Assembly (NCBI GenBank): GCA_964016885.1 | Contig: OZ024743.1 | Coordinates: 264,678,001-264,742,000 of the forward strand | Origin: Eledone cirrhosa | Lineage: Eukaryota | Direction: 5' to 3' | DNA length: 64,000 bases | Part shown: positions 42,301-56,187 of the stretch, in pieces | Layout: the number at the start of each line of letters is the position of its first letter | Position numbering within the stretch: the stretch's first letter is position 1 | Notes under the pieces: model-generated | What the model was told of the DNA's origin: nothing | The model's input: only the letters and a program-made list of their open reading frames with translations | The model's database searches: none | Program-made: the position numbers and the translations under genes

Positions 42301-45300
42301 TCGACTACACAGGCCACAAATTTGTGATCTGTGAGATCGACATATACAGACTTCATAGACAAGGCCTCGTTACTGGAAGCTCAACGCGTCTTTCCCGGCG
42401 CGCAAAGCCTACAGAAACCGGATTAGCGTATTAGTTAAGCGGGTGTTGACGGGAGCGGTCGTCAACAACAGGTGGTGGTTCGCTCTGAAAAGGGCAATTA
42501 AAGTAGAGACCATTAGATTTAGCAAAGGAGTAGTGATAGAGGAAAATAAAGTAGAGGGAGAGCTAGTCAGAAAGCTAGAAGAGGCGTTTAGGACAGGCAT
42601 CGCAACCGTCTTGCTAGGGGCGAGATTGGCACTCGACCAATTCTTCAACGCAAAATACGAAGGCTGCGTTGTCAGAGCTAGAGCGCGTGCTCTGAAACAC
42701 GAGGGGACAAAAGCCGTCCAATGGGCCGGGGTGGCAGAGGCGCGACGTGGCAACAAAGCCACAATTCGATCTTTGTCTGACCAAAACGGGTGCGTGATGC
42801 TCGAACCCGAGCGGATGTGTGAAGCATTTCAGCAGCACTTTGCTGAACTGTTCGGGAGCGGAGGCGGCCCGTATCGGACATGGACTTCAGTGCATACCTC
42901 GACGGACTGCCTCGGCTCTTGAGGACCGCAGCACAGTGTTGCGAAAAGCCAATAACAGCCGATGAAATACGGGAAGCGATGGCTAACTGCACAAGGGCTA
43001 AATCGCCAGGTTTGGATGGTCTGCCCTACGAGCTTTATGCATTTATGCCAGACATGTTCGGTGACCTCTTGGCAGACGTCTACTGCAACTGGCAGCAGAA
43101 CAGGAGCATTCCAAGTTTTGAGAGACGGGGAGCAGTGGCGCTGCTGAAAAAAGACCCGAACAAGGGGGATGTTATCGATAATTTCAGGCCCATAACCCTG
43201 CTAAGCGCAGAGTTCAAGATTTTGGCCAAGTTGTTAGCAACGAGGTTGGCGCTTGTCGTCAAGGATCTGGTGGGAGAGGCGCAGACATGCGTCATTCCGG
43301 ACAGATCCATACACGACAACCTCCACCTCATGCGATACATCATAAAGAGGGTGGTTAAGGAACATGGCACGGGTGGGGCCCTGATCAAATTTGATCAATC
43401 CAAATCATTCGATAGGGTCGACCATCGGTACCTGGCGGCGGTCCTCGAGGCAGCCGGTTTCTGGCCCGTTTCAGGGGTTGGATCGCATCAATGTACAGCG
43501 ACATCTGCTCAATTGTGAGGGTGAACGGTCACCTGTCGCAGCCGTTCAGCATCATGCACTCAGTCCGCCAGAGTTGTCCCCTCTCGTCCCTCTTGTACGT
43601 ATTGGCTCTCGAGTCGTTACTGCACAAACTCAGGGCGATGAGGGGCGTCCCACGCGAACTAGGATGCGGGAAATCTGAGTCGGCTTACGCTGACAACGTC
43701 ACCGTGGTGGTGTCGAGCACCAGACACGTCCAGATGCTCGGCACCGCTCTCAAGGAATACAAAGCGGTGACAGGAGCTAAGATAAACCAGGACAAATCGG
43801 TGGGGTTGCAGCTCGGCACCTGGAGAGACAAGTCCAAGCCGTCCGACAGCGTCGTGGGGCGTGGGACGGACGAACCGGTTAAATTGCTCGGGGTCTGGTT
43901 CGGACCGGACCTCCAGATGGAGAAAAACTGGAACGAGGTGACGAGCAGGGTGGCCTACCTCACCCAGAAATGGGCCGAGAGGAAGCTGTCCGTGAAAGGC
44001 CGGGTGGAGGTGGAGAATGCGTACATCACATCCGTCATCTGCTACCGCCTCACCGTCGTCCCTTGCTCTAGCCCAACTCTCACCAAAATGGAGCGCCCCC
44101 TCTTCCGCTTGTTGTGGAAGGGACGCGCTCCCATGTTCAGACGATCCATCTGCTGTCAACACCCGTTGCGTGGAGGACTGGGCATGCCATGGCTGATGAT
44201 GCCCAAACATGCGTTGAGGCTGCGACATCTCTGGTGCTTCCTTGATGGTGAACAGGTGTGGCAGCCGTTCGCCAGGCACATTTTCCCACAGCTCGTCTCC
44301 TTGACGGAGCTGCGGTCCTGGGTCAGAAAAAGATCGAGGGATAGCGCTTGGAAACTGGAATGTCTCCAGGCGTTCACTGTCCTCTGCCAGCTGGGTACCA
44401 GTATCAGTGGAACATCCACATCGGCGTTCTATAGAGGACTAGTGGAGGGGAAGAGCGACGACATTCTCGTAGAGATACTGGGCGTCGAAGAAGATCAGCT
44501 GTTGCTCTCTTCCGGAGTACTTATGGATAACTACCAAAAATTCCTGGCCTGGCAGTGCTACTGGGGAGTGCTGCCGGTTCGAGATAAGCTCTACAGGCAA
44601 CGGAAGTGCCGTCAGCCGAGCCTGTCCGAGATGCGCGCAGAGCGACGAAACCGTCGTGCACGCACTCGTTCAGTGCCCGAGCATTGCTGACTTGTGGAGC
44701 TATGTCGAACAGTTGCTGTCACGTGTAGGACTGATCCGGTTGTCGACTGAGTCCATTGTGCTGATAGTCTCGCCGTCTTCCTTTAAGGAGGAAGGGCAGG
44801 TGGTTTTCATCTGCCTGGTGGCTATGGCGAAAGAGATTGTGTGGTGGATAAGGTTAAAAGGGTTAAAGACAGACACTTTCCTCTTCGGCGAATCACTAAT
44901 TAATTTTTTCAAGTTTCACTTGAAGAGGAAAATCAGGGTGGAGAGGCAAGTGCTGCCTTCTAGCAAGTTTGTTGAAAGCTGGCTGAATGTAGCGGGAATG
45001 GTCCGAGTGAATATACGTCTGTAGTTTGAGAAATGGAAAAATTGAGAGAGGGCGCTTGCCCTGGTGGTCAGGGTGGCCGTGGTCTTTTGTGTGGTTTTTG
45101 CCACGTGTAACGGTCGGAGGTTTCCCCCCTATTGGGGAATTTTTCATTGTTTCAATTTTCATTTTTATTGTTTATATATATATATATATATGTTTCTATA
45201 TCCTTTTTTTTCTTTTCTTATATAAATAATAAAAATATTTACACGCGCAAAACGCACATCGTACCGCCCTGTACCGTCCTGTGCGGTCTGTAATGTTTTT

Positions 45301-45334
45301 CTTGATGTCAGCCCTTGTGGCCAATAAAGAAATC
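39355..45334 (+). mobile_element. L1/Tx1-clade LINE, copy 2 (divergent subfamily, decayed)
   Basis: ORF1 from 39418 with CCHC knuckle CYLCGSKCHLRAFC. ORF2 from ATG 41638 to 45024 with APE and RT motifs, frameshifted. Ends gcccttgtggccaataaagaaatc-(TTA)n. 5' boundary approximate. Confidence 0.93.
39757..39902 (-). mobile_element. SINE (internally deleted) inserted in the Asn-codon repeats of Tx1 ORF1
   Basis: tgtttctacgttaggcacaaggccagc...gatttgaactc...aatccacc is the reverse complement of the SINE. Confidence 0.88.
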
Positions 45335-45411
45335 GTTATTATTATAAAAGTAGAAACGATAATTATCATTATTATTATTATCTAAAGGTTAGCTACTATT
45401 ATTCGTATTTA

Positions 45412-45595
45412 GGGCGGTGGATTGGCAGTGTTGGTAGAGGGTCGGACACCATGCTTTCTAGCATAGTTACGTCCCTTTACGATCTGAGTTCAAATCCCGC
45501 CGAGGTTGACTTTGCCTTTCATCCTTACGGGGTCGATAAAATAAAGTACCAGTAATGCACTGGTGTTTGCTGGCCTTGTGCCTAAAGTAGAAACA
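45412..45595 (+). mobile_element. tRNA-derived SINE, full length, 14-bp TSD
   Basis: TSD attattcgtattta at 45398-45411 and 45596-45609. Confidence 0.92.
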
Positions 45596-45689
45596 ATTAT
45601 TCGTATTTAAGTTATTATTATTGTTATTTACAATAAGTAATGTATTATTATTATTTGTATTCTTATTATCGCTATTTATATGTTGGTTG

Positions 45690-45980
45690 TAAAACTCAGA
45701 GCTGTATGGGAGCCTCCCAAACGTCAGCTCAAAAGTTACACAGAGGAGACTGATGTTAGCTGGACATGCTCACCGTCATCCACAGTCGACATTGCACTCA
45801 GTGCTCCTGTGGGAGCCCCTACATGGACACACTGGAAGAGGAAGACCAACGTTAACGAATGTTGATGCTCTAAGGGTAAACATTGTTCTGTTGGAGACGT
45901 AGGACAAGGCAGCGATAATGATGGACAGAGACCGCTGGAGAGAACTCGTCCATGGATGTCGGGAATTCTACCCGCCCTAG
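45690..45980 (+). mobile_element. RTE-like LINE 3' fragment
   Basis: ELYGSLPNVSSKVTQRRLMLAGHAHRH...GKRKT...MMDRDRWRELV. Homologous to 8000-8114. Confidence 0.75.
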
Positions 45981-46289
45981 AGAAAAATATTTTGTTTCAA
46001 ATTAAGATTTTTACTATTGATCTTTGCTATACTTTGAGCAATATTCATAGTTGTTGAATAAGAAAATTTAACTGTGTGTCTATTGAAGATAGAGTAATAT
46101 TTATGTGATCTATGGTAGCATTTATCCAAGGCTTTAAAAAATAAGTGCGCTAAAGGTGTTTTAATAGCTAATGATGCTGGCGGAGCATACTAAATTATAG
46201 ATCTAGTTCTTATTTTTTACCTGATTTATTCCACAGGTTGTTGTTTTGATAGTCAATAGTATTATTACTATTATTATTATTATTACAGC

Positions 46290-47994
46290 TGCATTTATCT
46301 TGCTTTATGTTCATACGAGTTATCACCAAGTCACAACCACTGACCTCAAGAGACCACAAGGTCCGCCATGTTCAAGAATAACATACATACTCACACATGT
46401 ATCTTTAGGTGTTTTGACTTGTGATGTATTTATATTGACAGAATCTTCCTTAGTATATGGGCAGTTCCCATTAGTACTATCTTTTATATTTCTCCTATAC
46501 GCGAGTTTCCTGGGATTTGCGATAAGTAATCATTAGACCCCTTAGGTATCAATCCTAGAGCGCCTACAACCACTGGTATTGTTTTAGTTCTCAATTTCCA
46601 CATTTTTCCAATTTCTATCTCCAGGTCCTTATACTTGCTCAATTTTTCAAATGTGTTTATAGATACATTCTTGTCTATTGAAACGGACATATCAATTAGC
46701 AGGCATACCCTCTTTTTAAAGTCCTTCAGTATTATATCAGGTCTATTTGCATCTATTTTTCGGTCTGTTTGGATGTTAAAGTTCCACAAGATTGAGATGT
46801 GATCTTTTTCAAGTATGGGAGGTGGTTGATGCTCCCACCAATTCTTTTGATGGGGCAGGTCAAAATGTTACACATTATCCAATGTATGTATTGTGCAGCT
46901 TTGTCATGCCTATTTAGGTATTCGGTTGGAGCTATAGGACTGCACATTGAAATTATATGGTCAATGGTCTCTGGTTGTTTTTTACATACACGGCATAATG
47001 GGCTGCATCCATTTTTTATTATGTTGGCTTGGTAATTTTTTGTTGGCAGACACTGATCTTGTGCTGATATAATCAGTCCTTCAGTCTCTGATTTCATTCC
47101 AGAGGATGCCAACCACTGATGGGTTAAAGTTTTGTCAACATCAGGATTGTTAGCTCGTTCTGGGTATTTTCCATACAGAGGCTTTTCTTGCCATTTCTTA
47201 GCCAGTTTCTGTAGCAGTTCTTTCTTTGCAGTTACTTTTATCTGCTTTGCATTTTCTGTGTTTTCCATTTCAGAAGTAAATGGGACTTCTGAAATGTGTA
47301 GTCCATTACTGTATATTTGCGCATCTTTTGAAATGGAGTATGATCTTTTGATGCTTTCGTGTTTCAAAACGAGTTTGATCATCCAATCATGTGATTCCCT
47401 TAGATATGTAGATAATCCAATTGTTGCAGTTTTCAACGCAACGTCTCCTTCTTTCCTAGGGAGATATATTCTATCTGTATCTGTCTTAGGGTGATGCATT
47501 CTGTGCATGGTTAAGAATTTTCGAATTTTTGTATCGAGCCTACGGATCTCTGTGCTTGACCAGTTGATGACATTGTAACTGTAGGTTACTACTGGTATGG
47601 CAAGCGTGTTTATGGCATCGATCCTATTCCTTGCATTCAATTCCGTTCTTAAGATTGCTCTTACTCTGCGGTAACATTCCTTCCTTATCCTTTCCCTCAT
47701 TGTCGAGTGCTTGATTCGGTCTCCTTCACAAACACCTAGATATTTGTAAGTTTCCTCTTGATCAAGTTCTCTTATCACATTCCCCCGATCAAGATTAATG
47801 TCTGAACTTTTCAGCAGCTTTCCTTTGGTGAACGTTGCCTTGGCGCATTTATCTAGTCCAAACTCCATTTCAATGTCATCACTGAACTGTTCACCATATT
47901 TTGCAAATAGTTTCAGGTCATCAATGTAATACAAGTGATTAATGGTTTTGTCATAGGCTTTATATACATGTTTGTTTCATTGAGCATTTTACTT
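46290..47994 (-). mobile_element. R4/Dong-type RLE non-LTR element, family A, 5'-truncated and decayed
   Basis: YIDDLKLF, KYLG, CRVC..ETIDHIISMC, RHD, NRPDII..LIDM..EKLSKY. (TAA)n at both ends. Confidence 0.92.
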
Positions 47995-48011
47995 GATTAT
48001 TATTATCATTA

Positions 48012-48059
<48 letters not shown>

Positions 48060-48060
48060 G

Positions 48061-48582
48061 TTCTTTGAGTCTCAGTCATTGATGTTATTTAACTGGAAAG
48101 TTTGTTGAAATGAATATTAATTCTGGGCTAGGTGTTTACACTCGGATACAATGTGAGCCACAGCCTCCTCTCTCTCTTCACAGATACTGCACAGTGGGCT
48201 AGTCTCCTCCTTGTAAATATGGTGTTTCAGCCACTTCGTTTTGAGGGCCTGCTATTGCGCAGCCATTAGCATTCCTTCTGTAGCCTTTTAAAGGTATCCT
48301 CTTTTTAACCAGCTCCATGTCTGTGGATCTCTGAATTCAGTTTTCTCAAAGAAGGTACTATGAAGGGATTTTTCATGAAGGCTGCTCTTTCTCCATGTCG
48401 TTATTTCCTCCTTGGACATCCCCTGGTCTATTGTCCTCTCCTTCAGTACAATTCTGAGCATTGGCTCCTTACTATCGGTCACGTATTTGTGTAGGTTGTT
48501 TTTCTCCATCTGAACACAGTCCTCTATGCTGATAAGACCGCTACCACCTTCAGATCTCCTTAAGTAGAGTCTATCGACATCA
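48061..48582 (-). mobile_element. R4/Dong family B fragment, internally deleted
   Basis: Family B 3' UTR joined at about 48122 to the zinc-knuckle region. Homologous to 49241-49700. Confidence 0.85.
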
Positions 48583-48606
48583 ATGCTCTTCTTCTTCTTC
48601 TTCTTC

Positions 48607-48650
<44 letters not shown>

Positions 48651-48660
48651 GTTATTGTTA

Positions 48661-51600
48661 TTCCTTGAATCTCAGTCATTGATGTTGGTTAACTGGAAAG
48701 TCCGTTGGATTGAATATCAAGCCACTACCTGCAGCCTCAGATATTCAGGACGTATCGGAGGGTTCTTGCCGTTCCAAGCAAGCATGCCTTTTGAAGCGTT
48801 CCAAAAAGCGCGAAGGGGCCGATTTTCTTTAACCATCCCTGGAAACATTTGGAGATAGTCCCCAGTGCGCCTATGACAATCGGGATCACTTTGACTTCAT
48901 GGCAGTTCCAAATCCTTTTCACCTCCCACTTTAGGTCCTGGTATCGGTTAATTTTCTCCCTCTCCTTCTCTTGCACTCTCGTGTCGAACGGGCAGGCCAC
49001 ATCCACAATCAGGCACGATCTTTTTTCTTTGTCCACAACCACCAGGTCAGGTCTATTGTGTTCCAGTTTTTTGTCCGTCTGTATCCTAAAATCCCACAGC
49101 ACCTTCACCTGACTGTTCTCCATCACCGCCTCTGGCCTATGCTCATACCATTTCTCAGAATGTGGTAGATTGTTTACTTTGCACAGGTGCCAGTGGATCA
49201 CCCTGCCCATCACATCGTGTCTCCAGCCCTTATAGTGGGTCTGGGCTAGGTGTTTACACTCGGACACAATGTGAGCCACAGTCTCCTCTCTCTCTCCACA
49301 GATCCTGCACAGTGGGCTAGCCTCCTCCTTGTAGATATGGTGCTTCAACCACTTCGTTTTGAGGGCCTGCTCCTGCGCAGCCATTAGCATTCCTTCTGTA
49401 GCCTTTTTGAGGTCTCCTCTTCTCAACCAGTTCCATGTCTGTGGATCTCTAAATTCAGTTTTCTCAAAGAAGGTACTATGAAGGGATTTTCCCTTAAGGC
49501 TGCTCTTCCTCCTTGATGTTATTTCCTCCTTGGATATCCCCTGGCCTACTGTCCCCTCCTTCAGTACAGCTCTGAGCATTGGCTCCTTACTATAGGTCAC
49601 GTATTTGTATAGGTTGTTTTTCTCCATCTGAACACAGTCCTCTATGCTGATAAGACCTCTTCCACCCTCAGATCTCCTTAGGTAGAGTCTATCGACATCA
49701 CTCCTCTTGTGGAACATGTTGTAGATAGTCAATAGCTTCCTAGTCTTCCTATCCATTTCTTTTTGTTCAGCAACATTCCATCTCAGAATTCCCGCACTGT
49801 ACCTAATAATAGACACAGCTCGGGAATTTACTGCGCTTATGGCATTTCTGCTGTTCAGATGTGACTTCAATACGCTCCTTACTCTCCGAATGTATTCAGT
49901 TCTTAACAATTCCTTCATTTTTTTGTTCTTTATGCCATCAGCCTCCAGAACGCCCAAATACTTGTATCCTTCCTCAGAGTCAATTTCCTTTATCATCTCA
50001 CCTGTTGGTATCTGGATCCCGTTACTTCTGCTCAACCTACCCCTCCTCATCACAATGACTCCACATTTACCAATACCAAACTGCATACATATATCACTGC
50101 TGAAAATACGGACAGTGTCAACAAGCACATCCAACTCCTTCTCACTTTTCCCGAAGAGCTTAAGATCGTCCATGAAGAGGAGGTGATTGATGGTAAGCTC
50201 TCCCCTTCCCAACTTGTATCCTGCTCTCACTTTTCGCAGCATAATGGTCAAGGGCATCAGGGCAAGTACAAACAACAGAGGGGACAGGCTATCTCCCTGG
50301 AAGATACCTCTCTTGATCTTCACGCTTCCCAAGGATACTCCAGTTGATGTCAACTCTGGCTCCCAGGACCCCATACTCCTGCCTAGCAACTGTCTAATGT
50401 TATCTGCCACCCTGAAGATCTCCAGGCTTTTGGTGATCTAAGAATGAGGCACCGTGTCAAATGCCTTTCTGTAGTCTATCCATCCCATGGCAAGATCAGT
50501 GTGTCTCCTCCTGCAATTCCCCATTACCATCTTATCAATAAGCAACTGGTCCTTTGTACCACGTGACTTCTTTCGGCATCCTTTCTGTTCGTCCGGCAAC
50601 AAGTTGTTTGTGTGGAGGTGATGGTAGATTTCCTCAGACACAATGTTCGTCAACAGTTTCCACATTACGGGCAGACATGTGATAGGTCTATAGTTGGTAA
50701 CATCATTACCCTTGATTCGGTCTTTCATTATCAGAACTGTGGTACCTTTTGTCAACCACTCTGGCACCTCACCCGACACCAAGCAGTCATTGAACATGGC
50801 CGTCAGCTTCGGGTGGAGGGATGTTAAATGTTTAATCCAATACCCCTGCACACCATCTGGGCCTGGTGATTTCCAGTTGGTTAGTTTTTTGGCTTGCCCC
50901 TTAAGAGTTTCAACTGTGATACTCAAATCAGTCTGTTGCTGTGCCTGCTCACCGATCTCCCTCTGTACTGTCTCAATCCACCCTGCCTGGGCATTGTGTC
51001 TAACATCCTGCTCCCATATTCCTCTCCAGAATGTTTTAGCTTGTTCCGCCCCAGGGATCAAGTCGTTGCCTCTTTCTTTCCCCTCAAGCTGTCCAAACAG
51101 CATCTTCTGGTTGTTGTCGAACATGCGGTTCTGTTTATACTGACTGACTCTGTTCTCGTATCGCCTGATTTTGGCACTCTTTGCTACAATGCGTTGCTTC
51201 AATTCCTCTATGATAATATTTAGCTTTTTACTCCTAGTTTTGTATTTTATTTCCATTCTATTTTTAGTGCCTATGTTTTTTAGTGTCCCATTCAGTAGTG
51301 ACTCAAGCTTTCCTATGTCATTTCTCATTTCCCCGATTTGCCCACTCAGTCGCTTCTTCCACCACGGCTCTGCTCTTTCTTGTCTGTTGTTTCCTCTCGC
51401 TTTTATACCAAGTAGTTTCCTCACCGTATTTGCTGTTGCTTTGAGGATATTGTTGCACTGGTGAAGACTCCTCGCCTCAAGGTATGGGATGACTTTGTTT
51501 ACCTTAGCTGTTGTTTCTTTTAACTTTTTCCTGTCTACAAATCTTATGTTCATAGGTCTCCCACTATCATTATTCAACTCATCTACCACTAAATTTAGGA

Positions 51601-52700
51601 TGTCAACCGAATCTTGTCCTAGCCCGTCAGCATTCATCTCCTCAGTGGCCGTATCTCTGTTCCAGGTATTATTTATCTCAGTATTCAGATCATTGTCTGC
51701 TTCGGGTGGTTCCTCCGTTCTCAGGACCTCCTCACCTTCATTTCCCGCCGGCTCGCTTGTCTGGCATACTACACCCGCCATCTCCAAGCCATTCTCTCTG
51801 CTCAGTTCCTCCAGTTCCAGCTCGCTTATCCACCCATTAGTTCTTATTACCCGAGCCTGCCCGGCCAATTTTTGTTCATCTAATTTAAATAAACCAATCT
51901 CGTTCCAGATGTTATGCATCCGTCTCCTGTAGCCCCTCTCCTTGGGGTTACTTTTCAGGTAGCATTGCATAACAGTTCTATTCAATTCTTTCGTCCAGTT
52001 GGTTCTGGCCCCTTTCCTTCTTCTTCTTCCTCCAACATCAGCAGTATTTGGTTGACAGTCAGGTTCCTGCTGCTGAGCCAGGGGGCACCTGTTGGGTGAG
52101 AGTCTGTCACATGACGTTCTAGTCTCCATTTCACCGTTATTCGAACTGTTTATGTTCGATATTTAAACACTCTTATCGAGGATTGGCGAATGTATGTTTA
52201 CATAGCCATCTGTGGATCCGCCATCCCACTTGGCCCTTGTGTGGCATTATCACCACGCTGTATACGGACACACATAAACAAACAAACACACGGGCAGAAA
52301 GGGCCCCAAAAATGAATAAGCATAAGTTTCATTGTAATGTAGTATTCGAATGTCTGACTTAGTTTTTGTTTTTTAAGTTTTACTTTTTCCCCCCTCTTCT
52401 CTGTCCGTCCGCCTGCTTCTCTCGTCATTCTTATTTTCTTTACGTTTTTGGGGTTTCTTTTTTTGTTTTTGTTTTTCTCTGTTTTTCTCGTTTTTTACTG
52501 TTGTTGCTGTGCTGCTTTTGTTGTTTGTTTTTTCTTTTTTCTTTTGAGTCTATCTATATATTTTGATGCCTTCCTCTTTGTTAGTAGTAGGAATTCTATA
52601 ATGTGGAAGTGGTAGCCAGCAGAGACTGGTAGCCAGCAGAGACTGGCGGCGTTGGCGATACTGAGACAGTGGTGGTGGTGATGTCGATACCGAGGCAGGA
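48661..52700 (-). mobile_element. R4/Dong family B, apparently full length (~4.0 kb), in (TAA)n
   Basis: Single ORF with N-terminal RTNWTKELNRTVMQCY domain, RT (YRPITCL, GIFQGDSLSPLLF, FMDD), CCHC and RLE (RHD, RPDLVV..IVDV..EK..RY). Both flanks (TTA)n. Confidence 0.95.
48737..52129 (-). pseudogene. RT-RLE polyprotein (1130 aa if repaired), one premature TAG
   Basis: ORFs 50438-52129 and 48737-50410 share a frame. TAG at 50438-50440 is TGG (Trp) in the sister copy (55341-55343). Confidence 0.92.
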
Positions 52701-52749
<49 letters not shown>

Positions 52750-54672
52750 TGCATTTATCTTGCTTTATGTTTATACGAGTTATCACCAAGTCACAACCAG
52801 TGGCCTCAAGAGACAACAAGGTCCGCCATGTTCAAGAAAGAACATACATATTCACACATGCATCCTTAGTGTTTAGACTTGTGATGTACTTATATTGACA
52901 GGATCTTCCTTAGTATATGGGCAGTTCCCATTAGTACTATCTTTTGTATTTCTCCTATACGCGGGTTTCCTGGGATTTGCGATAAGTAGTCGTTAGACCC
53001 CTTAGGTATCATTCCCAGAGCGCCTACAACCACTGGTATTGTTTTAGTTCTCAATTTCCACATTTTTCCAATTTCTATCTCCAGGTCCTTATACTTGCTC
53101 AATTTTTCAAATGTTTTTATAGATACATTCTTGTCTATTGGAACAGACATATCAATTAGCAGGCATACCCTCCTTTGAAAGTCCTTCAATATTATATCAG
53201 GTCTATTTGCATCTATTTTTCGGTCTGTTTGGATGCTAAAGTTCCACAAGATTGAGATGTGATCTTTTTCAAGTATGGGAGGTAGTTGATGCTCCCACCA
53301 ATTCCTTTGATGGGGCAGGTCAAAATGCTTACACATTATCCAATGTATGTATTGTGCAGCTCTGTCATGCCTGTTTAGGTATTCGGTTGGAGCTATAGGA
53401 CTGCACATTGAAATTATATGGTCAATGGTCTCTGGTTGTTTTTTGCATACACGGCATAATGGGCTGCACCCATTTTTTATTATGTTGGCTTGGTAATTTT
53501 TTGTTGGCAGACACTGATCTTGTGCGGATATAATCAGTCCTTCAGTCTCCGATTTCAGTCCAGAGGATGCCAACCACTGATGGGTTAAAGTTTTGTCAAC
53601 ATCAGGATTGTTAGCTCGCTCTGGATATTTTCCATACAGAGGCTTTTCTTGCCATTTCTTAGCCAGTTTCTGTAGCAGTTCTTTCTTTGCAGTTACTTTT
53701 ACCTGCTTTGCTTTTTCTGTGTTTTCCATTTCAGCAGTAAATGGGACTTCTGAAATGTGTAGTCCATTACTGTATCTTTGTGCATCTTTTGTAATGGAAT
53801 ATGATCTTTTGGTGCTTTCGTGTTTCAAAACGAGTTTGATCATCCAATCATGTGATTCCCTTAGATATGTGGATAATCCAATTGTTGCAGTTTTCAACGC
53901 AATGTCTAACTGGATTAACCCACGTCCTCCTTCTTTTCTAGGGAGATATATTCTATCTATGTCTGCCTTAGGGTGATGCATTCTGTGCATGGTTAAGAAT
54001 TTTCGTATTTTTGTATCGAGCCTACGGATCTCTGTGCTTGACCAGTTGATGACATTGTAACTGTAGGTTACTACTGGTATGGCAAGCGTGTTTATGGCAT
54101 CGATCCTATTCCTTGCATTCAATTCCGTTCTTAAGATTGCTCTGACTCTGCGGTAACATTCCTTCCTTATCCTTTCCCTCATTGTCGAGTGCTTGATTCC
54201 GTCTCCTTCACAAACACCTAGATATTTGTAAGTTTGTTCTTGATCAAGCTCTCTTATCACGTTCCCCCGATTAATGTCTGAACTCTTCAGCAGCTTTCCT
54301 CTGGTGAACGTTGCTTTGGCGCATTTATCCAGTCCAAACTCCATTTTAATGTCATCACTGAACTGCTTCACAGTGGATAATAGCCCTTGCAATTGTTCAT
54401 CTTTTTTTGCAAATAGTTTCAGGTCATCCATGTAGAACAGGTGATTAATGGTTTTGTCATAGACTCTATATCCATGTTTTGTTTCATTGAGCATTTTACT
54501 TAATGGTATAAGTGCGATGCAGAATAAAAGCGGTGATAAAGAGTCACCCTGAACAATTCCACAATTAATGTTAACTTCTCCAGCTTCCAGTGATTTTGTT
54601 TCACTATTCAAAAGGAGTGTCGTTCTCCATGTCCTCATACTGAATGACAAAAACCTCCTGACAACGGGGGAT
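52750..54672 (-). mobile_element. R4/Dong family A, 5'-truncated, remaining ORF open
   Basis: ORF down to 52890: QGDSLSPLLF, YMDD, CCHC, RLE. Closely similar to 46290-47994. Confidence 0.93.
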
Positions 54673-54703
54673 ATTATTATTATTATTATTATTATTGTTG
54701 TTA

Positions 54704-56186
54704 TTCCTTGAATCTCAGTCATTGATGTTGGTTAACTGGAAAGTCCGTTGGATTTTACTGCGCTTATGGCATTTCTGCTGTTCAGATGTGACTTCAATAC
54801 GCTCCTTACTCTCCGAATGTATTCAGTTCTTAACAATTCCTTCATTTTTTTGTTCTTTATGCCATCAGCCTCCAGAACGCCCAAATACTTGTATCCTTCC
54901 TCAGAGTCAATTTCCTTTATCATCTCACCTGTTGGTAACCTACCCCTCTTCATCACAATGACTCCACATTTACCAATACCAAACTGCATACATATATCAC
55001 TGCTGAAAATACGGACAGTGTCAACAAGCACATCCAACTCCTTCTCACTTTTCCCGAAGAGCTTAAGATCGTCCATGAAGAGGAGATGATTGATGGTAAG
55101 CTCTCCCCTTCCCAACTTGTATCCTGCTCTCACTTTTCGCAGCATAATGGTCAAGGGCATCAGGGCAAGGACAAACAACAGAGGGGACAGGCTATCTCCC
55201 TGGAAGATACCTCTCTTGATCTTCACGCTTCCCAAGGATACTCCAGTTGATGTCAACTCTGGCTCCCAGGACCCCATACTCCTGCCTAGCAACTGTCTAA
55301 TGTTATCTGCCACCCTGAAGATCTCCAGGCTTTTGGTGATCCAAGAATGAGGCACCGTGTCAAATGCCTTTCTGTAGTCTATCCATCCCATGGCAAGATC
55401 AGTGTGTCTCCTCCTGCAATTCCCCATTACCATCTTATCAATAAGTAACTGGTCCTTTGTACCACGTGACTTCTTTCGGCATCCTTTCTGTTCGTCCGGT
55501 AGCAAGTTGTTTGTGTGGAGGTGATGGTAGATTTCCTCAGACACAATGCTCGTCAACAGTTTCCATTTTATGGACAGACATGTGATAGGTCTATAGTTGG
55601 TAACATCATTACCCTTGATTCGGTCTTTCATTATCAGAACTGTGGTACCCTTTGTCAACCACTCTGGCACCTCACCCGACACCAAGCAGTCATTGAACAT
55701 GGCCGTCAGCTTCGGGTGGAGGGATGTTAAATGTTTAATCCAATACCCCTGCACACCATCTGGGCCTGGTGATTTCCAGTTGGTTAGTTTTTTGGCCTGC
55801 CCCTTAAGAGTTTCAACTGTGATACTCAAATCAGTTTGTTGCTGTGCCTGCTCACCGATCTCCCTCTGTACTGTCTCAATCCACCCTGCCTGGACATTAT
55901 GTCTAACATCCTGCTCCCATATTCCTTTCCAGAATGTTTTAGTTTGCTCCACCCCAGGGATCAAGTCGTTGCCTCTTTCTTTCCCCCCAAGCTGTCCAAA
56001 CAGCATCTTCTGGTTGTTGTCGAACATGCGGTTCTGTTTATACTGACTGACTCTGTTCTCGTATCGCCTGATTTTTGCACTCTTTGCTACAATGCGTTGC
56101 TTCAGTTCCTCTATGATACTATTTAGCTTTTTCCTCCTAGTTTTGTATTTTATTTCCAGTCTATTTTTAGTGCCTATGTATTTTTT
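54704..56186 (-). mobile_element. R4/Dong family B, 5'-truncated, ~1.1-kb internal deletion removing CCHC + RLE
   Basis: 3' UTR joined to mid-ORF near 54752 (ccgttggat|tttactgcgc). ORF 54732-56027 retains the RT. Confidence 0.9.
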
Positions 56187-56187
56187 T

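Noticed and set aside
43659-44279. Antisense ORFs within LINE ORF2 (also 61880-62500 and 58829-59638)
   Set aside because: Shadow frames of GC-rich coding sequence, not consistently conserved between copies, with no recognisable motifs.
52130-52700. HDV-like ribozyme in the R4/Dong 5' UTR
   Set aside because: Only simple hairpins (ggcgga/ttcgcc) and a 17-bp tandem duplication were found. I could not assemble the double pseudoknot by eye.
54673-54722. N-terminus MTEIQGITTIIII of the 610-aa ORF as a real fusion protein
   Set aside because: It is chance read-through from the upstream family B 3' UTR and the (TAA)n tract into a truncated family A copy.
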